A stretch of DNA of 64,000 nt from Camelus dromedarius (lineage: Eukaryota): positions 16,370,001-16,434,000 of the forward strand of contig NC_087437.1 in NCBI RefSeq assembly GCF_036321535.1. Reading direction: 5' to 3'. A model generated the notes under the pieces. It made no database searches. It had not been told where the DNA came from and was given only the letters and a program-made list of their open reading frames with translations. Position numbers and translations under genes: made by a program. Positions 49,011 to 61,700 of the stretch are shown piece after piece (position 1 is the first letter of the stretch; each line of letters opens with the position of its first letter).

Positions 49011-50100
49011 AAGGGATGAACATGTGCCCTCCACCCCTTCTGCATCCAGATGTTTTCTGCCAGTGGTAGGAGAAACAGCAGAGCCAACAAAATCCTGGAG
49101 CCAGCCGGAGCCCCGCAGCCTTCTTGTCAGCGTTTGGAGCATCTCTGCTCTAGTCTGGCCTCCAGACAAGACTCGCCGAAGCCACCTCCCATCCCAGCCT
49201 ACGTTCTGCTCCTGGCGGCCTGCCGCTCCCTCTGGTTCCTGGATGAAGTCACAGGGCTTCAGGTCCCGCTGCAGCGTGTCCTTGAGCCTCCTGCCGGCCT
49301 GGGTTTTGGCTTGCCCACTTGCAGTCTGCCGCGACATAACCAGCATCCCAGCAGCCGCCGTTTCCACCGAGGACCCCACAGCTCAGCAGGGAGGGTGCCT
49401 CTCCAGGGCCAGTGGGGTGGTGGGGCAGGTGGCACTGCCTGGCGTGACTGTCACGTGCCCTGAATGGGCGGGAGAGAGGAGATGCGAGGCCTTGGCTCTG
49501 AAAATCCTGGCTCCAAGTTCTATCTCTTCCCTTTCGATGATACTATTTGGACTGAGTGAAAAATCTCAGGCCATGTGCTCATGTGGGCAAGATATTTAAT
49601 CTCTTCATCTTGATTTTTCTAAAATAGAACTTCATTGCTATTTTGAATGCTCAGACCCCTGGAGCATAGAAACAGTTTTAGCTAAAATGTGCCCCCATCT
49701 TACCCTAGCCTGGTGGTGGGATTTCCATGACTAGTTCCGGGAAGGATGAAGGCTGGTGGGAGTCCTCCTGCCTCCTTGCTGGCATCTGTAAGCTGTCCTC
49801 GTGCCCGCTGGTCTTTGGTCATTTGGTGATGCAGACTAGCGACTTGCTTCAGGTTGTCCCCCCTATTCCCGACCCTAAGGTCAGCTGTCTCTCAGCTACT
49901 GCCAGGCCCCCTCTCTACCAGACCACGCAAGTGAGTCCCCAAGTGCCCGGTACACCGGGAAGCTGTATCCTCCCCGGGGTCTGGCTGCCTCAAAGGGGTT
50001 CTACCTAGATGTGGGGGGCACAAGTTCCCTGTGCCTTGGACCCCCCAGGCCTGTCCGGGAGGCTGAGGTTTCCTCTTTGGGCCACGTCTTTCTCAGAGGC

Positions 50101-50508
50101 TGTGTTGGTTGGTCCCCTGGGAAGCAGACACTAAGGTGAAGTCAGGAGAAGAGGTTTATTATGTGTAGGGGGCTGGGTAGAGGGAGTGTGAACACCTGTG
50201 AAGTGTAAAGGAAGAAGGACTGGGCAGGAGCACGACCATCGTATTAAGATTAATAAAGGGAGCTCCAGGGCAAAGCCTGCCCAGGGGAGAGGCTGGCACT
50301 GGGCACGAATCCTCGGCCGCGGTGCCCCGGCTCCATCACTGTTCCCTGGAGCTGCCCAGGGAGAGTGCAGGCTCGGCTTGGTCACAGTGGTGAACCCGGA
50401 GGGCACCGCAGCCGCAGGCTCTCAGCCAGCTGCGCTCCGCCCAGCAGAAGGGACGGCAGGGTCCTTCCAGAAGGGAGAGCCGCCCAGTGTGCATCTTCAG
50501 GCTCCACA
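50101..50508 (-). mobile_element. LTR16C-like ERVL solo LTR
   Basis: ggtcccctgggaagcagacact...aggtttatt...aacacctgtgaag...gggagctccagg...gtccttccagaaggg...ccaca. Confidence 0.75.
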
Positions 50509-51153
50509 GGAACCTGCCCGCCTGCACGCTCTGCACTTCCCCTCAGCCCCTCCTAGTCCGGGATGGGGAATCTGGCCTGCCCTGGGTCTGTGGGGAGCTT
50601 GCTGTAAGTCACCTCGGAGCCTCCTAGAGTTCTTTCTGCACCTCACCTCGCCATACCCCAGCCGAGGGTGCTTTGAAACTTAAAAAACAAGTGGATCTTG
50701 ATTCTCTCTTTACATTATGAAACCTCTCCCTTTAGGAAGTAAAGTGGGAATAGCCTAGCTTGACTAGGAAAAGACCACAGGACCGGGGATGTACGGGAGG
50801 ACCAGGGAACACCCCTACCTTTTGAAATATCATCCCACCATCTGCCCCTCTTTGTGACTCTTCACATCCTCACAACAGAAATTTACTCCTCACCCCCAGT
50901 GCCTCCCTCCCCTCCAAGAAGGAACTCCTTCTCCATTTCGGTGACTCCTTCAGGCAAACCATCCCCTGGCTGTGGAGGTAACAAGACCTCGGGAGCTCCC
51001 AAGAACATCAGGTGAGCGAGACACAGGTGAAGTTCTCTCCTACCTCCCCGTGGGTGGTGTGGTGCTCTTCCAGGAACTTTCTATCCTCCCAGCACTGGCT
51101 CCATCCTCCAGTGATCAGTAAAAGAGAAATAGCTAAAGCGTATGCAGTGGTTA

Positions 51154-51715
51154 TGATACAGGAAAATGGGACTTGAGAGGATGGCTTTGCCCCAAGTCTT
51201 GGTTGAGCCCCTGGGATATTCCTCACCAAGTGAGGGTCCTTCACTTCACACAGGAAAGAATTCAAGAGCAAGCTGTCATAGAGTGATGGTAGATTTATTC
51301 AGAGACCACAAGGCATGGGGTGGTTGAAACAAAAATAGATTTACACACTCCAGAGACAGAGTGCGAACCCTATTGAAAGCAAGAGAGCATGTGAGAGAGA
51401 GCCCCAGGATGTGGGGTTGCTAATTTTTGTGGGCTCGATAACTTCATATGCTAACAAGTAAGAGGATTATTCCAACTACTTTGGGAAAGGGGCTGGGGCA
51501 CTCAGGAATTGGGCCATCACCCACTTTTTGACCTTTATGGTCAGCCTTGAAACTCTAATGGCACCCACGGGAGGCCCATTTAGCATACTAATATATTTCA
51601 ATAAGCGTATAATGAAGCTCAAGGTCTGCTGGGAGTTGGATCTTCTGCCATCTTGGTGCTGATTGCTGTGTCATTCTTTTGATGGCTGAGTCCTGCCCCC
51701 TTCCCTTTTGTCTCA
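51154..51715 (-). mobile_element. ERV1-class solo LTR (copy A), inserted in a MIR
   Basis: tgataca...tgtctca termini; TSD gtta/atta; homologous to 53262-53917. Confidence 0.88.
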
Positions 51716-51900
51716 ATTACCATGCCCCAGGCACCATTCTAAGCACTTTGGTGACTTGTTTAAGCCCCACAGCAACCCTATGAAATAGGGTTATCTCCAT
51801 TTTACACCGAAAGGTCAAATAACTTGCCTGGGGTCACACAGCCCCTGAGTGGCAGGACCAAGGTTCAAATCCAGGTTGTCTGTCTGCCTGACCCCAAAGA
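51716..51900 (-). mobile_element. MIR (its tail lies at ~51125-51153, split by LTR A)
   Basis: ccaggcaccattctaagcacttt...cacagcaaccctatgaaatagg...aacttgcctggggtcacacagc. Confidence 0.85.
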
Positions 51901-52459
51901 GGAATGTCTACTCTCTACAGTTCGCTGCCTCGCTATCAGGAGCAAACCTTTAAAGGACAGCAATATGAGGTGACAGGAACTGACCCAAACACAGAGACAC
52001 CAGCAGGCAGGGGGCAGGAGGCAGGACCAATGGAGCCACAGCTCTCAGGAACCGGAGAAAGACAACTCCTTCAATTTATGGATGAAGAAATGCTAGAAAG
52101 GCAAGGTAATGTGCTGGTACTTGGTAAAGCCTGGATGCAAACCCATCTCCTCTGAGCTTCATGCTAAAACCCGTTATCATTACCAGGAAAAATATTGCCC
52201 AAGGTCCATGTCTTAGAGTGAACAGCTAGCCTCTTCCTTGGTAGCATTTTTCATAGCCACATTTGTGATGCTTGGAATAGCAGAGAGGCGACGAATGGGT
52301 CTCAGAGAGCAGTAAAGAAGTAGCATCACCATGAGCGAGGCAGCCTCAGATCTTTCCCAGGAGAAAGCTGAACCCCGACGCACTGTTTATCATAAGAAGT
52401 AATTTACACAATCTATGCGGAGCACACCTCATAGTCAAGGATGTTTCTTTTCAAAGAAA

Positions 52460-52560
52460 ATAATTTATTCCTCCAACAAATATTTACTGAGTACTTACTC
52501 TATGCAAGGTACTATCTAGAACAGCTTGCAGGGATGGAGGAGACAGAAGGTCATGGGGGG
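52460..52560 (-). mobile_element. L2 3' terminus
   Basis: caacaaatatttactgagtacttactctatgcaaggtactatctag. Confidence 0.75.
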
Positions 52561-53261
52561 GACTTACGGTGCACTGCAGGGAATGCCATACATAGGCAAA
52601 TTACCCACTGCAAAGTAGAAAGGCTGTCATCTGCGCTCTCACTTAATGGTCATGGTAACCAATATTTGAGAGTTTGCAGAGCATTTACACATTCGTACCT
52701 GGAACACCATCCCACTCTTCACCTGTTTATCCAGCAGCAGACTCCTTTCCACCCTGCAAAACCCTCTTAGATGTCAACTCCATTGTACAGTCTTTTTTGA
52801 CTGCCTACCTCACCCCCTCCCCCAACCCCAGACAGACTCCTTTTCTTCTCTTCCTTTCCCTTTCCTCTTTCTTCTTTCCTCTCCCACTTTCCTAAGAACA
52901 GTTGATATTTTTTGAGCAGTCCCTATGCACGAGGCATTCGTGTTAACGAATGTTAACAGGTGATGTATTTATTTATTTATGCCTCACCCTGGCCCTCTGA
53001 GGGAGGTACTGTGACACTCCACAGGACACGTGGGCCCAAGAGATAGACCTTGCAGAATGGTTTCCAACCAGACAATGCTATCACCGAAGTATCCTGGTGA
53101 AGACAGGGAATGCGTGCTGGACGTGAGGCACCCTCACGGGACTGAGATGGCCCTAATGGTTGCCCGCAGGCCAGCTTGGCCTGCTGTGGACCCAGCCCTA
53201 ACCCCCTTGGCAGTTCTGAGCCCCTGCCTGGCTCCTATGCTCCTCCCCACCTGTGTCCTTG

Positions 53262-53917
53262 TAATACAGGAAAATGGGGGGCGACAGGAAAGCCATGCCC
53301 CAGGTCTCAGTTGAGTCCCTGTGATGCGCCCCACCAAGCATGGGTCCTTGGCTTCATGCAGGAAAGAACTCAAAAGCAAGCCACGGTTGAGTAAAAGCAG
53401 ATTTATTCAGAGAGATACATACTCCACAGACGGAGTGCAGGCTGTCTCAGGAGGTGAGGGAGCGAGAGGCCACAAGGTACAGGGGTGGGTGTTTAGTTTA
53501 AAACAAAAGTAGCTACACACCCCATAGATGGAGTGCAGGCCATTTCACTCCGAAGGGAGGACGGCCATAGGGTACAGGGCTGTCAGATTTTATGGACTCA
53601 GTAACTTCATATGCTAACAAGGGGGAGGGTTATTCCAACTCCTTTGGGGACGGGGCTGGGACTCCCCAGAACTGGGCCACCGCCCACTTTTTGACCCTTT
53701 ATTGTCAGCCTCAGAACTGTCATGGAACTGGTGGGAGTGTCATTCACCATGAATATATTACAATGAGCACATAGTGAAGCTCAAGGTCTACCGTAAGTCA
53801 GGTCTCCTGCCATCCTGGGCCTCAAGGCCACCTAGGGGTTGAATCTCCACCATTTTGGTGTTAATCGCTGTGTCATTCCTTTAATGGCTGTGCCCTGCCC
53901 CCTTCCTTCCTGTCTCA
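53262..53917 (-). mobile_element. ERV1-class solo LTR (copy B) with internal tandem duplication
   Basis: taataca...tgtctca termini; perfect 4-bp TSD cttg at 53258-53261 and 53918-53921; repeated unit ~53415-53487 / ~53513-53582. Confidence 0.9.
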
Positions 53918-54179
53918 CTTGCCCACCCCTGGGAGCCCCTCTGCCACCAGAATCATAAGGCAGCCAACTCCTGGCATCTCTCTGACTGCCCAGCTGGCCC
54001 AGCTAGGACTAGGTCTGAGCAGACGCCCACCCACCATGCGCCCTGCCAGGTCGGAGACAGCCATAGGCTGAGGCCACTCCTTCCTCGCCTTCTCTCTTCA
54101 CCCCTTGGCACTGGGGAAAGGTGCGGCCCAAGCAAGGGAGGCCCAGAGTGAGGGTGCACAAGGGCGTCTTCGGATACCT

Positions 54180-54662
54180 GGGTTTAGAACCAGCTGTCTG
54201 GGCTCAAGCCCCATTTCCAACCCCTACTGGTGAATGACAGAACCTCTCTAAGCCTAGGCCTCCTCCTCTGGACCACGGGGCAGTGATAATAGCTCCCACC
54301 TCACAAAGTTGTTGGAAAGTGAGACACAGCCTGGAAAGAAAAAAGGCTTTGTCAACTAGAAAGTGCCACAGTGTGCACGTTCGAGATACTCACATGGCCA
54401 TTATTATTCTCGGTCATAGTATATATTGAGATGTTAGAGCTCAAAATTAACATGAATTCTAGAGCCAAGTGGGCCATGGTTCAAATCCCAGGTTTGCCAC
54501 TTACCTGCCATGTGACATTGGACGAGTTAAATAACTTCTCTGTGCCTCCGTTGAGTTTGCTCATCCACAGTGTTTTGGGAAGATCAAAGACGTTCATCCA
54601 TTTAAAGCACCTAAAACAGTGCCAGGCACAGAGTCAGCTTTCCATTCATGCCAGCTACAGCT
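54180..54662 (+). mobile_element. Two tandem MIR copies
   Basis: ggttcaaatcccaggtttgccacttacctgccatgtgacattggacgagttaaataacttctctgtgcctc. Confidence 0.8.
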
Positions 54663-54694
54663 AGTTTAGGATTCCAAAGATTATTGTATATTAT

Positions 54695-55059
54695 TGTCTT
54701 GGCTCAGGATGCTATAAGCCAACATCACAGACTCTGCTGCTTCTGAACAACAGAACTTTATTTCTCACAGCTCCGGAGGCTGGAAGTGCAGCATCATGAT
54801 GTCAGCATGGTCGGGTTCCGGAGGGAGCTCTGTCCCTGGCCACAGGAAGCCGGTTTCTCACTGGATCCTCACTTGGCAGAGAGCAGAAAGCTCTCTGGGG
54901 TCTCTTTTATGAGAATACTAGCCCTGTTCATAAGGCTCCAACCTCGTGACCTAACCAAAACCCAAAGCCCCCATCTCCAAATACCATCACATTGGGGGTT
55001 AGGATTTCTACTGATGAATCTGAGGGCGTCAGGGGTGCACGAGCATTCAGTCCATTACA
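54695..55059 (-). mobile_element. MLT1A-type MaLR solo LTR
   Basis: tgtcttggctcaggatgctataa...tttatttctcacagctccggaggctggaagt...ataccatcacattgggggttaggattt...cattcagtccattaca. Confidence 0.92.
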
Positions 55060-55374
55060 ACCCCATCCCTCAGTACTCCTTGGATTATGTTACATATGAT
55101 CATAGTAACTAATATTTGAGAGTTCACAGAGCATTCACACATTTATTGTCTGAAAGTGCCAAGGGACCTGAAAGCCAGTGATCGCTTCCTACCCTGGGAC
55201 GATAAGGCGGAAGTTGACACTAACCCTGGGCCTTGAAAGAGGAATAAGAGTTGGACCAACGGGACAGAAGGCGGAGAGAACATGTAAGTGAAGTCATAGC
55301 AGGTGCGGGGTGGGGCGGGGGGGGGGCGGTCTGAGTCCAGACATACTTAAGTAACCTCCAGCTGTTGGGTTGAG

Positions 55375-55700
55375 TTTCCTAAAGATTCTGCATCTTTGTT
55401 GTATAACTGAATCACCTGGGGAGCTTATAAAAATAGTGATACCCAGGCCCCATTCAGAGATGCTGAATCATTGATCCTGGGTGAAACCTGGACGTTAATG
55501 ACTTCTAAACAATTCCCCTGGTGAAACCGACGTGCAGCAAGGTTTAAAGGCCTCTGGGCTAAAGCAGTGGGTCTCAGCTTTACCTCCACCAGAATCACCC
55601 AGAAGGCTTGTTAAAACACACATCACTGCCTCCCCTCTCCCAGAGTGTCCCCAGGTGATGCGGCTGTTGCTGGCTGGGGGCCACACTTTGAGGACCACAG
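55375..55700 (+). mobile_element. Adjacent MER5B-like and MER5A elements
   Basis: gaatcacctggggagcttataaaaat...; second copy cagtgggtctcagc...ccacactttgaggaccac starts at 55565. Confidence 0.8.
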
Positions 55701-55719
55701 GGCTGGTAGTGTCCAGGCA

Positions 55720-56415
55720 ACTTGAGATGAGTCTCAAGCAGTTGGCTCATGGGGATCTACGAGGCCAGGCCACAGAATTTTCATCTTCATCCTGTTGGCA
55801 CTGGGAAGAAAACGCTCAAAATAGTGTATTAGAGAAACAGACCTGGTAGCAAGATGAAGGAGGGGTGAAGAGGGAGGGGGATGAAGACGGAGAAGCCAGT
55901 CTGAAGGTCTGTAACAGGCAGCAGCCTATACGTGGGGAAGCACAGCCTGCAGCAGGGCGGTCACGCTGAGAGTGACCGAGAGGAGGGGAATTCTAGGTGC
56001 ATCGCTGAGCTCGGGCACAGAAGACAGAATGGCAGTGAGCTGTGAAAAGGAAGGAGAAGACCAGCCATGACTTCTGGGTCTCAAGTCAGAGAAATGAGTG
56101 CTGGGGAGCAGGGGCAAGTCCAGGGTGAGAGGTGAGGCTCTGGCTTTGCACATCTGCATTTGGGGACAGAGACGAAGCAGAGGCTGTCGGATGCAGAGTT
56201 TCATCTGCTGGGATGCAGCGTTTCATTCGAGATGCTGCCAGAAGGAAGGGATCACGAAAGCAGTGGTGAGAAGGAAGAGATTAGGACCAAATGCAAATCT
56301 TGGAGTCGACCAGCTCAGCCACCAGGAGAAAGGGGACAGAATAAAAGCCAAAAGCCAGAGGGGAAGAGTATTCAGGGGAACATGATAGCCAAGAGTGTGA
56401 AAGGCTACAGGGCAT
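55720..56415 (-). mobile_element. L2 (diverged)
   Basis: Purine-rich L2-like tract: ggccacagaattttcatcttcatcctgttggcactgggaag; agagtattcaggggaacatgatagccaagagtgtgaaaggct. Confidence 0.6.
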
Positions 56416-57485
56416 TGCAATAATAAAACATTTTTTAAAAAAATACAAACATGAAACCAGCCAAGTGAAAGTAAACCGTCAGGGAGAAAGGGCCCCGTGC
56501 AGGGTCCACACCTGCTGTGCTGACTCGGGGGCCGGCCTGTAACCCTGCGGAGTATGAGGGTGAGCCGAGGACTTCCTCACAGGTAACGGCACGGCCCGTG
56601 CAAGCCTCGTCCTCACTCTCCAGCAGCCTGCCCTCCATCCCTCCAGGGCCACCGAGGGTGTGGAGAGAAGGGCCCCGCGGCCTGGCGTTAATGTTTTCTG
56701 TCATCACTAAGCTCAGATGCTGACAGCTGCTCAACTCACCAAATGCCTGCATGGGGAGGGGGCGCGTTTTCCATAAAGACCCACAGAACAGTGGGAAGCG
56801 GGGGCATGTGGTGTAACACTCGCCTGTGATCCAGGTCGCACGTGCGCCTCTGTGACTGGAGACAGATGAGGGCACAGATCAAAGGAACATGGGAGGAAAT
56901 GCATCCTCTCCACCATCTGCAGCTGCTCAGGCCTTGAGTCAGCTCTGGCAGGAGCTGCGGGATGAGCCGCGGGCATCGGGCATGTGAGGTGAGCTTTGAT
57001 GAGGGTCAGGGCACCATGGAGATAACATCAGAGGCTTTATGAACAAGCCAGCCACTAAGATTAATTGAAACTGCAGGCACAGCCAAGAGAGAGCCCCAGA
57101 ATTCTCCATCCCTCACCCTGAAACACCTTGTGTTTTCAGTAGGTGAAGTTCAAATAGACTTCCTCTCTGAGTGAGGTCAGACCGCCGCTTCCACTGGGCC
57201 AGTGGGGTGGGGCTCCTTCACCAGCTCTGTCCTCCTCGGGTTGGCCTCACAATCCTCCATCATAACCCACGTGTTCCAGTTTCATTATTAGGAAGGAAAC
57301 GAACAAAGATAAGAGAGCAGAGGGCAAAGGCACTCGCTGCCCCTTGGCTGATTTGGCCTGAGTCAAAGCTCTCAGATAACCACGTGGGCAGGGTAATCCT
57401 GCCTAAGCTTCCCAAGGGTATTTTTCAAGCCTTTGGGTTTGCATCCCTGGGGAAAGGGCTAGAACAGACCCAACAGAGAACATTA

Positions 57486-57775
57486 CGGCTGGTCCCAACT
57501 TACAATGGTTCAACTTATAATGGTTCGACTTAATGATTTTTTTTTTTTTTTTTTTTTACCTTGATGCTATACACATTCATTAGAAACCATACTTGGAATT
57601 TTGAATTTTGATCTTTTCCTGGGCTGGTGATCTGCCGCACCATCTTCTCTCCATGCTGGGCAGGGACAGTGAGCTGCAGCTCCCAATCAGCCACGCGCAA
57701 TCACGAGGGTGAACACCGATGTGCTTACAACCATTTTGTTTTTCACTTTCAGTACAGAGATACTGAGACACTTTA
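57486..57775. mobile_element. MER47/Tigger5-type Tc1-mariner element with a poly-T expansion
   Basis: TA then cggctggtcccaacttacaatggttc...gaattttgaattttgatcttttcctgggct...gcagctcccaatcagccacgcgcaatcacgaggg. Confidence 0.85.
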
Positions 57776-58309
57776 TGACTGAGAAGATAACTGGTTTTTA
57801 TGCCAAACTAGAGATTTGTGGAGCACCTTATATACAGTGTCTGGAAAACAGTCTTTACTAAAGAAGCCAGTCTGAGAATGTTCTCATGGAAGTGTTTAGA
57901 GATATGATGGTTCCTTAAATTCCAACTTTTTAACTGGTAGTAGACACTACCTGAGTTCCTGGGTAAAGAAGGATTCTGAGGTCTCCCACCTGCACAGGAG
58001 CACAGGAAAGAGGAGCAACAACCCAGGAATCCTGATGACCTCTGATATCTTTACGCACAAACAAGAAAAGTGACCCCAGAAAGGTAAGTGGCTGGCTCAA
58101 GCCTTAGTGCTTCTGTGGACAATCAGTAGTTTGATACTGCATATGTATGTTCTGCAAGGGGTTACTGCATAAAAAAAAAAAACCAAATGACAGGCCCAGA
58201 AGCTGCCCTAGTTACTGATGTAGTAGCTGGATATCTGTAGAGCCCACCAGGCAGACTCTGGCTGGCAGAGGGGAGAGGAGGGGAAGCCGGGCCAGAGAAA
58301 GGAGCCCCT

Positions 58310-58812
58310 GTCTTGCATGCAGTCTAGCATCCTTTCCCTTCTTCTGCTGCGGCATCCTCTCGTCTCCACCTGTGTGGTTTGAGGCGACACTGCCCTTCAT
58401 TCAGAAGCTGGCACTGGACTCAGGACCATCCAGGGTGTTTCATGCCACTGGCTACAGTGATCAGTGCAGAAATGAGCACATGGCTCATCCTTGGCCAATG
58501 GGCAGCAGACCCTGACTCTTGAAGAAATTAGGGGGAAAACTTTCCCTCTGTCAAAACTTAGGAGCAGGGTGAGAGAGCCTGGGGCTGCTGGTGGCTTGTG
58601 CTACCACATCCAAGGAGCCCAACCGAGAGGAAAGTGAAGTGAAGAGTTAGGGATGAAAATTCCTGATTTGGGAGAGAACCAGGACTGACACATGCTTAAA
58701 GCATACTCTACCCCTAAATTTGTTAGTTACCTGAGCCAGTAAACTCCTTCTTTGGTTAAAGCAGGCTGACAGCATTTCTGACACTTACACAGAAAGCATT
58801 CTGACCTTTACA
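58310..58812 (+). mobile_element. Old MLT1 (J/K-like) LTR
   Basis: cactggctacagtgatcag...agttacctgagccagtaaactccttc...catttctgacacttacacagaaagcattctga. Confidence 0.75.
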
Positions 58813-59269
58813 CCAAGAAAGAGCATAAGCTCAGGCTCACAAGCTCAAACATCCCTCAACTCCAACCAAGGCACCCCCGCATCATTGTGAGAGTAAAACG
58901 CAGTGACCTCTGTGCATGCCCAGCACAGTCTCTGCCACTCGTTAGGTGTTTAAGAAACTCTGAACCAGACCCTGTACCAAGCCGAGAAGAAGGAAATTGA
59001 ACAGGACCCCACCCACGTCCTGAGGACACAGTCCCACAGTGGAGACAGACAAGCAGCTGCAAAATAACGGGACATCATGTGATAGGAGTTCTAATATAGA
59101 AGTGATCAGGGTGCCAGGGGAGGGTAAAGGAGGGAAGTACCTCATGGCTGAGAGCAGAGAACACTCGCTTGATTAAACTGAATTGGACAGCATTGGTCTG
59201 TCTACATCCGTGAAATCATGAAGTGTTTAAAGTTCCCATCAGCTGGTAGGTAGAAAGAGAATGAGAGGA

Positions 59270-59410
59270 GATGACCATTTATTGAGCATCCACTCTGCAC
59301 TATGTAATGTGTACTAGATTTTTTTATTCAACCCTCTCAGTAACCTGTGAAGTCATGATGAGCAATGCTGTTTTATACACAAAGAAATCAGGGATCAGAA
59401 AGGTTCACAT
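59270..59410 (-). mobile_element. MIR
   Basis: accatttattgagcatccactctgcac...ttttatacacaaagaaatcagggatcagaaaggtt. Confidence 0.7.
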
Positions 59411-59419
59411 TCTCCAAAC

Positions 59420-59830
59420 AGAAAAATCCAGAGGAAGGTCCAGCTTCAGGAATGGCTTGATCCAGGGACTCAGCATTGTGAGGACCTAATTTCTTGCCAT
59501 TGCTCACTTCTGCTTTCCATAGAGGCTTCAGAACCTTCATCGTGGGCATTCATGGATGGCCCCTACAGCTCCAGGCTCATGTTCTCCTTCCCATCCGGAG
59601 TAACCAGCAGGATACATGTCTCTACCCCAGCAGTCCCAACTGTTGGACATCACTGGCTCTGATTGAATCAGTTATTCATACCTGACCAGGGAATATGATA
59701 CTTTGAGTGCCCAGGATGAGTCAAAATTTACTCCTGGAGCTGAGAGATGACTCAACTCCTCCTACCACATATGGATGGAGAGTAGAGTTGACAGTGGCTC
59801 CTTAGAAGGAAAGGGGATACTGGATGGCAC
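59420..59830 (-). mobile_element. Old MLT1 (K/L-like) LTR
   Basis: aaatccagaggaaggtccagcttcaggaatggcttgatccagggactca...tcactggctctgattgaatca. Confidence 0.7.
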
Positions 59831-61384
59831 AGTGAGGACCAGGGCAGTTGTCTTTTCCTTCTATCTTCTTCAACATGATTTATTTTGTGAACTCAGTTCA
59901 TGCAAGCAAGTGGCAAATAGGGAAGTAAAGTAGAAAGTTACACTGGTTTGGGTTCTCTTACAGTCCTGAAAAAGAATATGGATGTAATAGGAGACAAAAC
60001 ACAGAATTATAACTACATCTCTATTTAATTCCAGCCTCTAGTTTCTTGTTTAGCATCCCTGCCCCTCGACTCCAAAATTGTATGCACACAGTGGAGTGTA
60101 GGGTAGTGGCCCTTACACTATCTGTACATCAGAACATTAGTGCTAAGTTTCTTAGAAACTTAGATACACGTGACCATTGTGTTATATTTTAGACAATATT
60201 TTTTCCTGCAAAATTTTATTTTACAACATCAGGAGGTGAGGTTGATAGAAAAATTATCCCCTCAATACGTCGCCTCAGAATTTAGCAATGGGAAACAGTT
60301 TCTCCCTCTTCCTAATCTGATGTGCACCCCATTATTAGACAGTGAAAATCAGATCTTCTAGGTAGTTCCATTGATGCCTTAGCTTAATTTCCAAATACCC
60401 AGGGCTAACTTAACACTTAGTTTTTTTTATAGCCAAACTAGGTTAGGATTTTGTGTGATTATATATCCCCATCTCCATTGTAGTGTCTGCTCTTTTGTTA
60501 CAACAGTCTTATTTGACATGCACTTTTTGTTATGCCCTATAAAATTCATCTTTGAATATAAATAATGTAAACATTATAAACAGATAGAAGGATGTGATGC
60601 TTCATTTTTCCTGTATTCTCCAGCCAGAGAAGACCTCTGCTCTAACCTGGTTCCAGACCCTCCCGATTGCCTGGGCATATCGTGTTCGAATCATGTTCAT
60701 ACCATGTGAGCCCTCTGCCCTGGACAGAGCCAAGCAGCGCTTTCAGGGACTTCCTTACTTCTCTTTCCTCCAACTCCTTTTTCCTTTCTTCCCCTGTCCG
60801 TGGTGAGGTAAACTTGGCTCAAGGAAAACCCTGACCAAACATCTCATTTCCCTCCGCATCCTAGAAGAGCCTCAGTTCAAACAGAACAATTAACTCAGCA
60901 AACAATACCGTTGGCAGAGCTCCCTATGTACCCATCAGCCCTAAGCCGAACAAACACCTCTTGAAGCACATGGAGGCGGGGAATTGCAGGCAGGGATTTT
61001 ATGGACCTCTCAGCAGGGCTGCCACCGGCTCTTTGGGAACCAGACTATTTAGCATATGTCACTGCTCTCAGCTGTTTTAGGGCCTTGGCTAGGGACCCCA
61101 GACTTGTGTACTCAAGTGACATTGTTCAAAGTCAGGTGGGGCTGGGGCCGCTTTCACGGTACTGCATGCCCAGAAGGTACCCCGGTCAAGGCTCAGTCTC
61201 CTGGAGGCTGATCACATGCCGAACTCTGACAAGGAGCACAGGGGAACACAAGGAGAAGCTCCCTTCAGCTACCCAGAACCTGACATGCCGTTCACTTTCA
61301 GTTCCGCCTGGGAAACTTCTTGGGCACTTAGGCAGAAATTGAAATTCATCGAAAATCTCAATGTACCATAAGAACAGTCGTTTT

Positions 61385-61700
61385 TACAGAAATCGGAGAC
61401 TAAAACGACCTATTAAGGTATCTTGTCCACCCCCTATCAGCGCAGGACTGGTCCCTGAAGAGTTTTGCTAGTTCATTTTTAAATAACTCCAGCAATGAGC
61501 TTTCTATCACAGGACTCCCCAGGAGAGACCGTTCTAATGGATCTCATTCTTTAGAAGTATACCCAAGATCCATCCTCATTTCTCCATTTCATAAGCTGCT
61601 CCTTGTAGCGTCCAAAATACTCCAACAGCTCTTGCTGCATTTTTCCTAGGAGGCACTTGTCTGTGGCAGCCTTGTCTTCATGTAGTTTGTAATCCTTTCT
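61385..61700 (-). mobile_element. CR1/L3b-like 3' end
   Basis: cagaaatcggagactaaaacgacctattaaggtatcttgtccaccccc...gcaggactggtccct...ttttaaataactccagcaatgagcttt. Confidence 0.65.

Noticed and set aside
48963..49599. Three overlapping ORFs of 137-191 aa
   Set aside because: High local GC depletes stop codons; no domain recognised; ends overlap L2/MIR-like sequence.
52935..52952. Hairpin cattcgt-gtta-acgaatg as a structured RNA
   Set aside because: 7-bp stem inside a decayed MIR; expected by chance or from local template switching.
51154..53917. A single two-LTR provirus
   Set aside because: Each LTR has its own TSD, they are diverged, and the spacer is MIR/L2/unique DNA with no PBS or viral genes.
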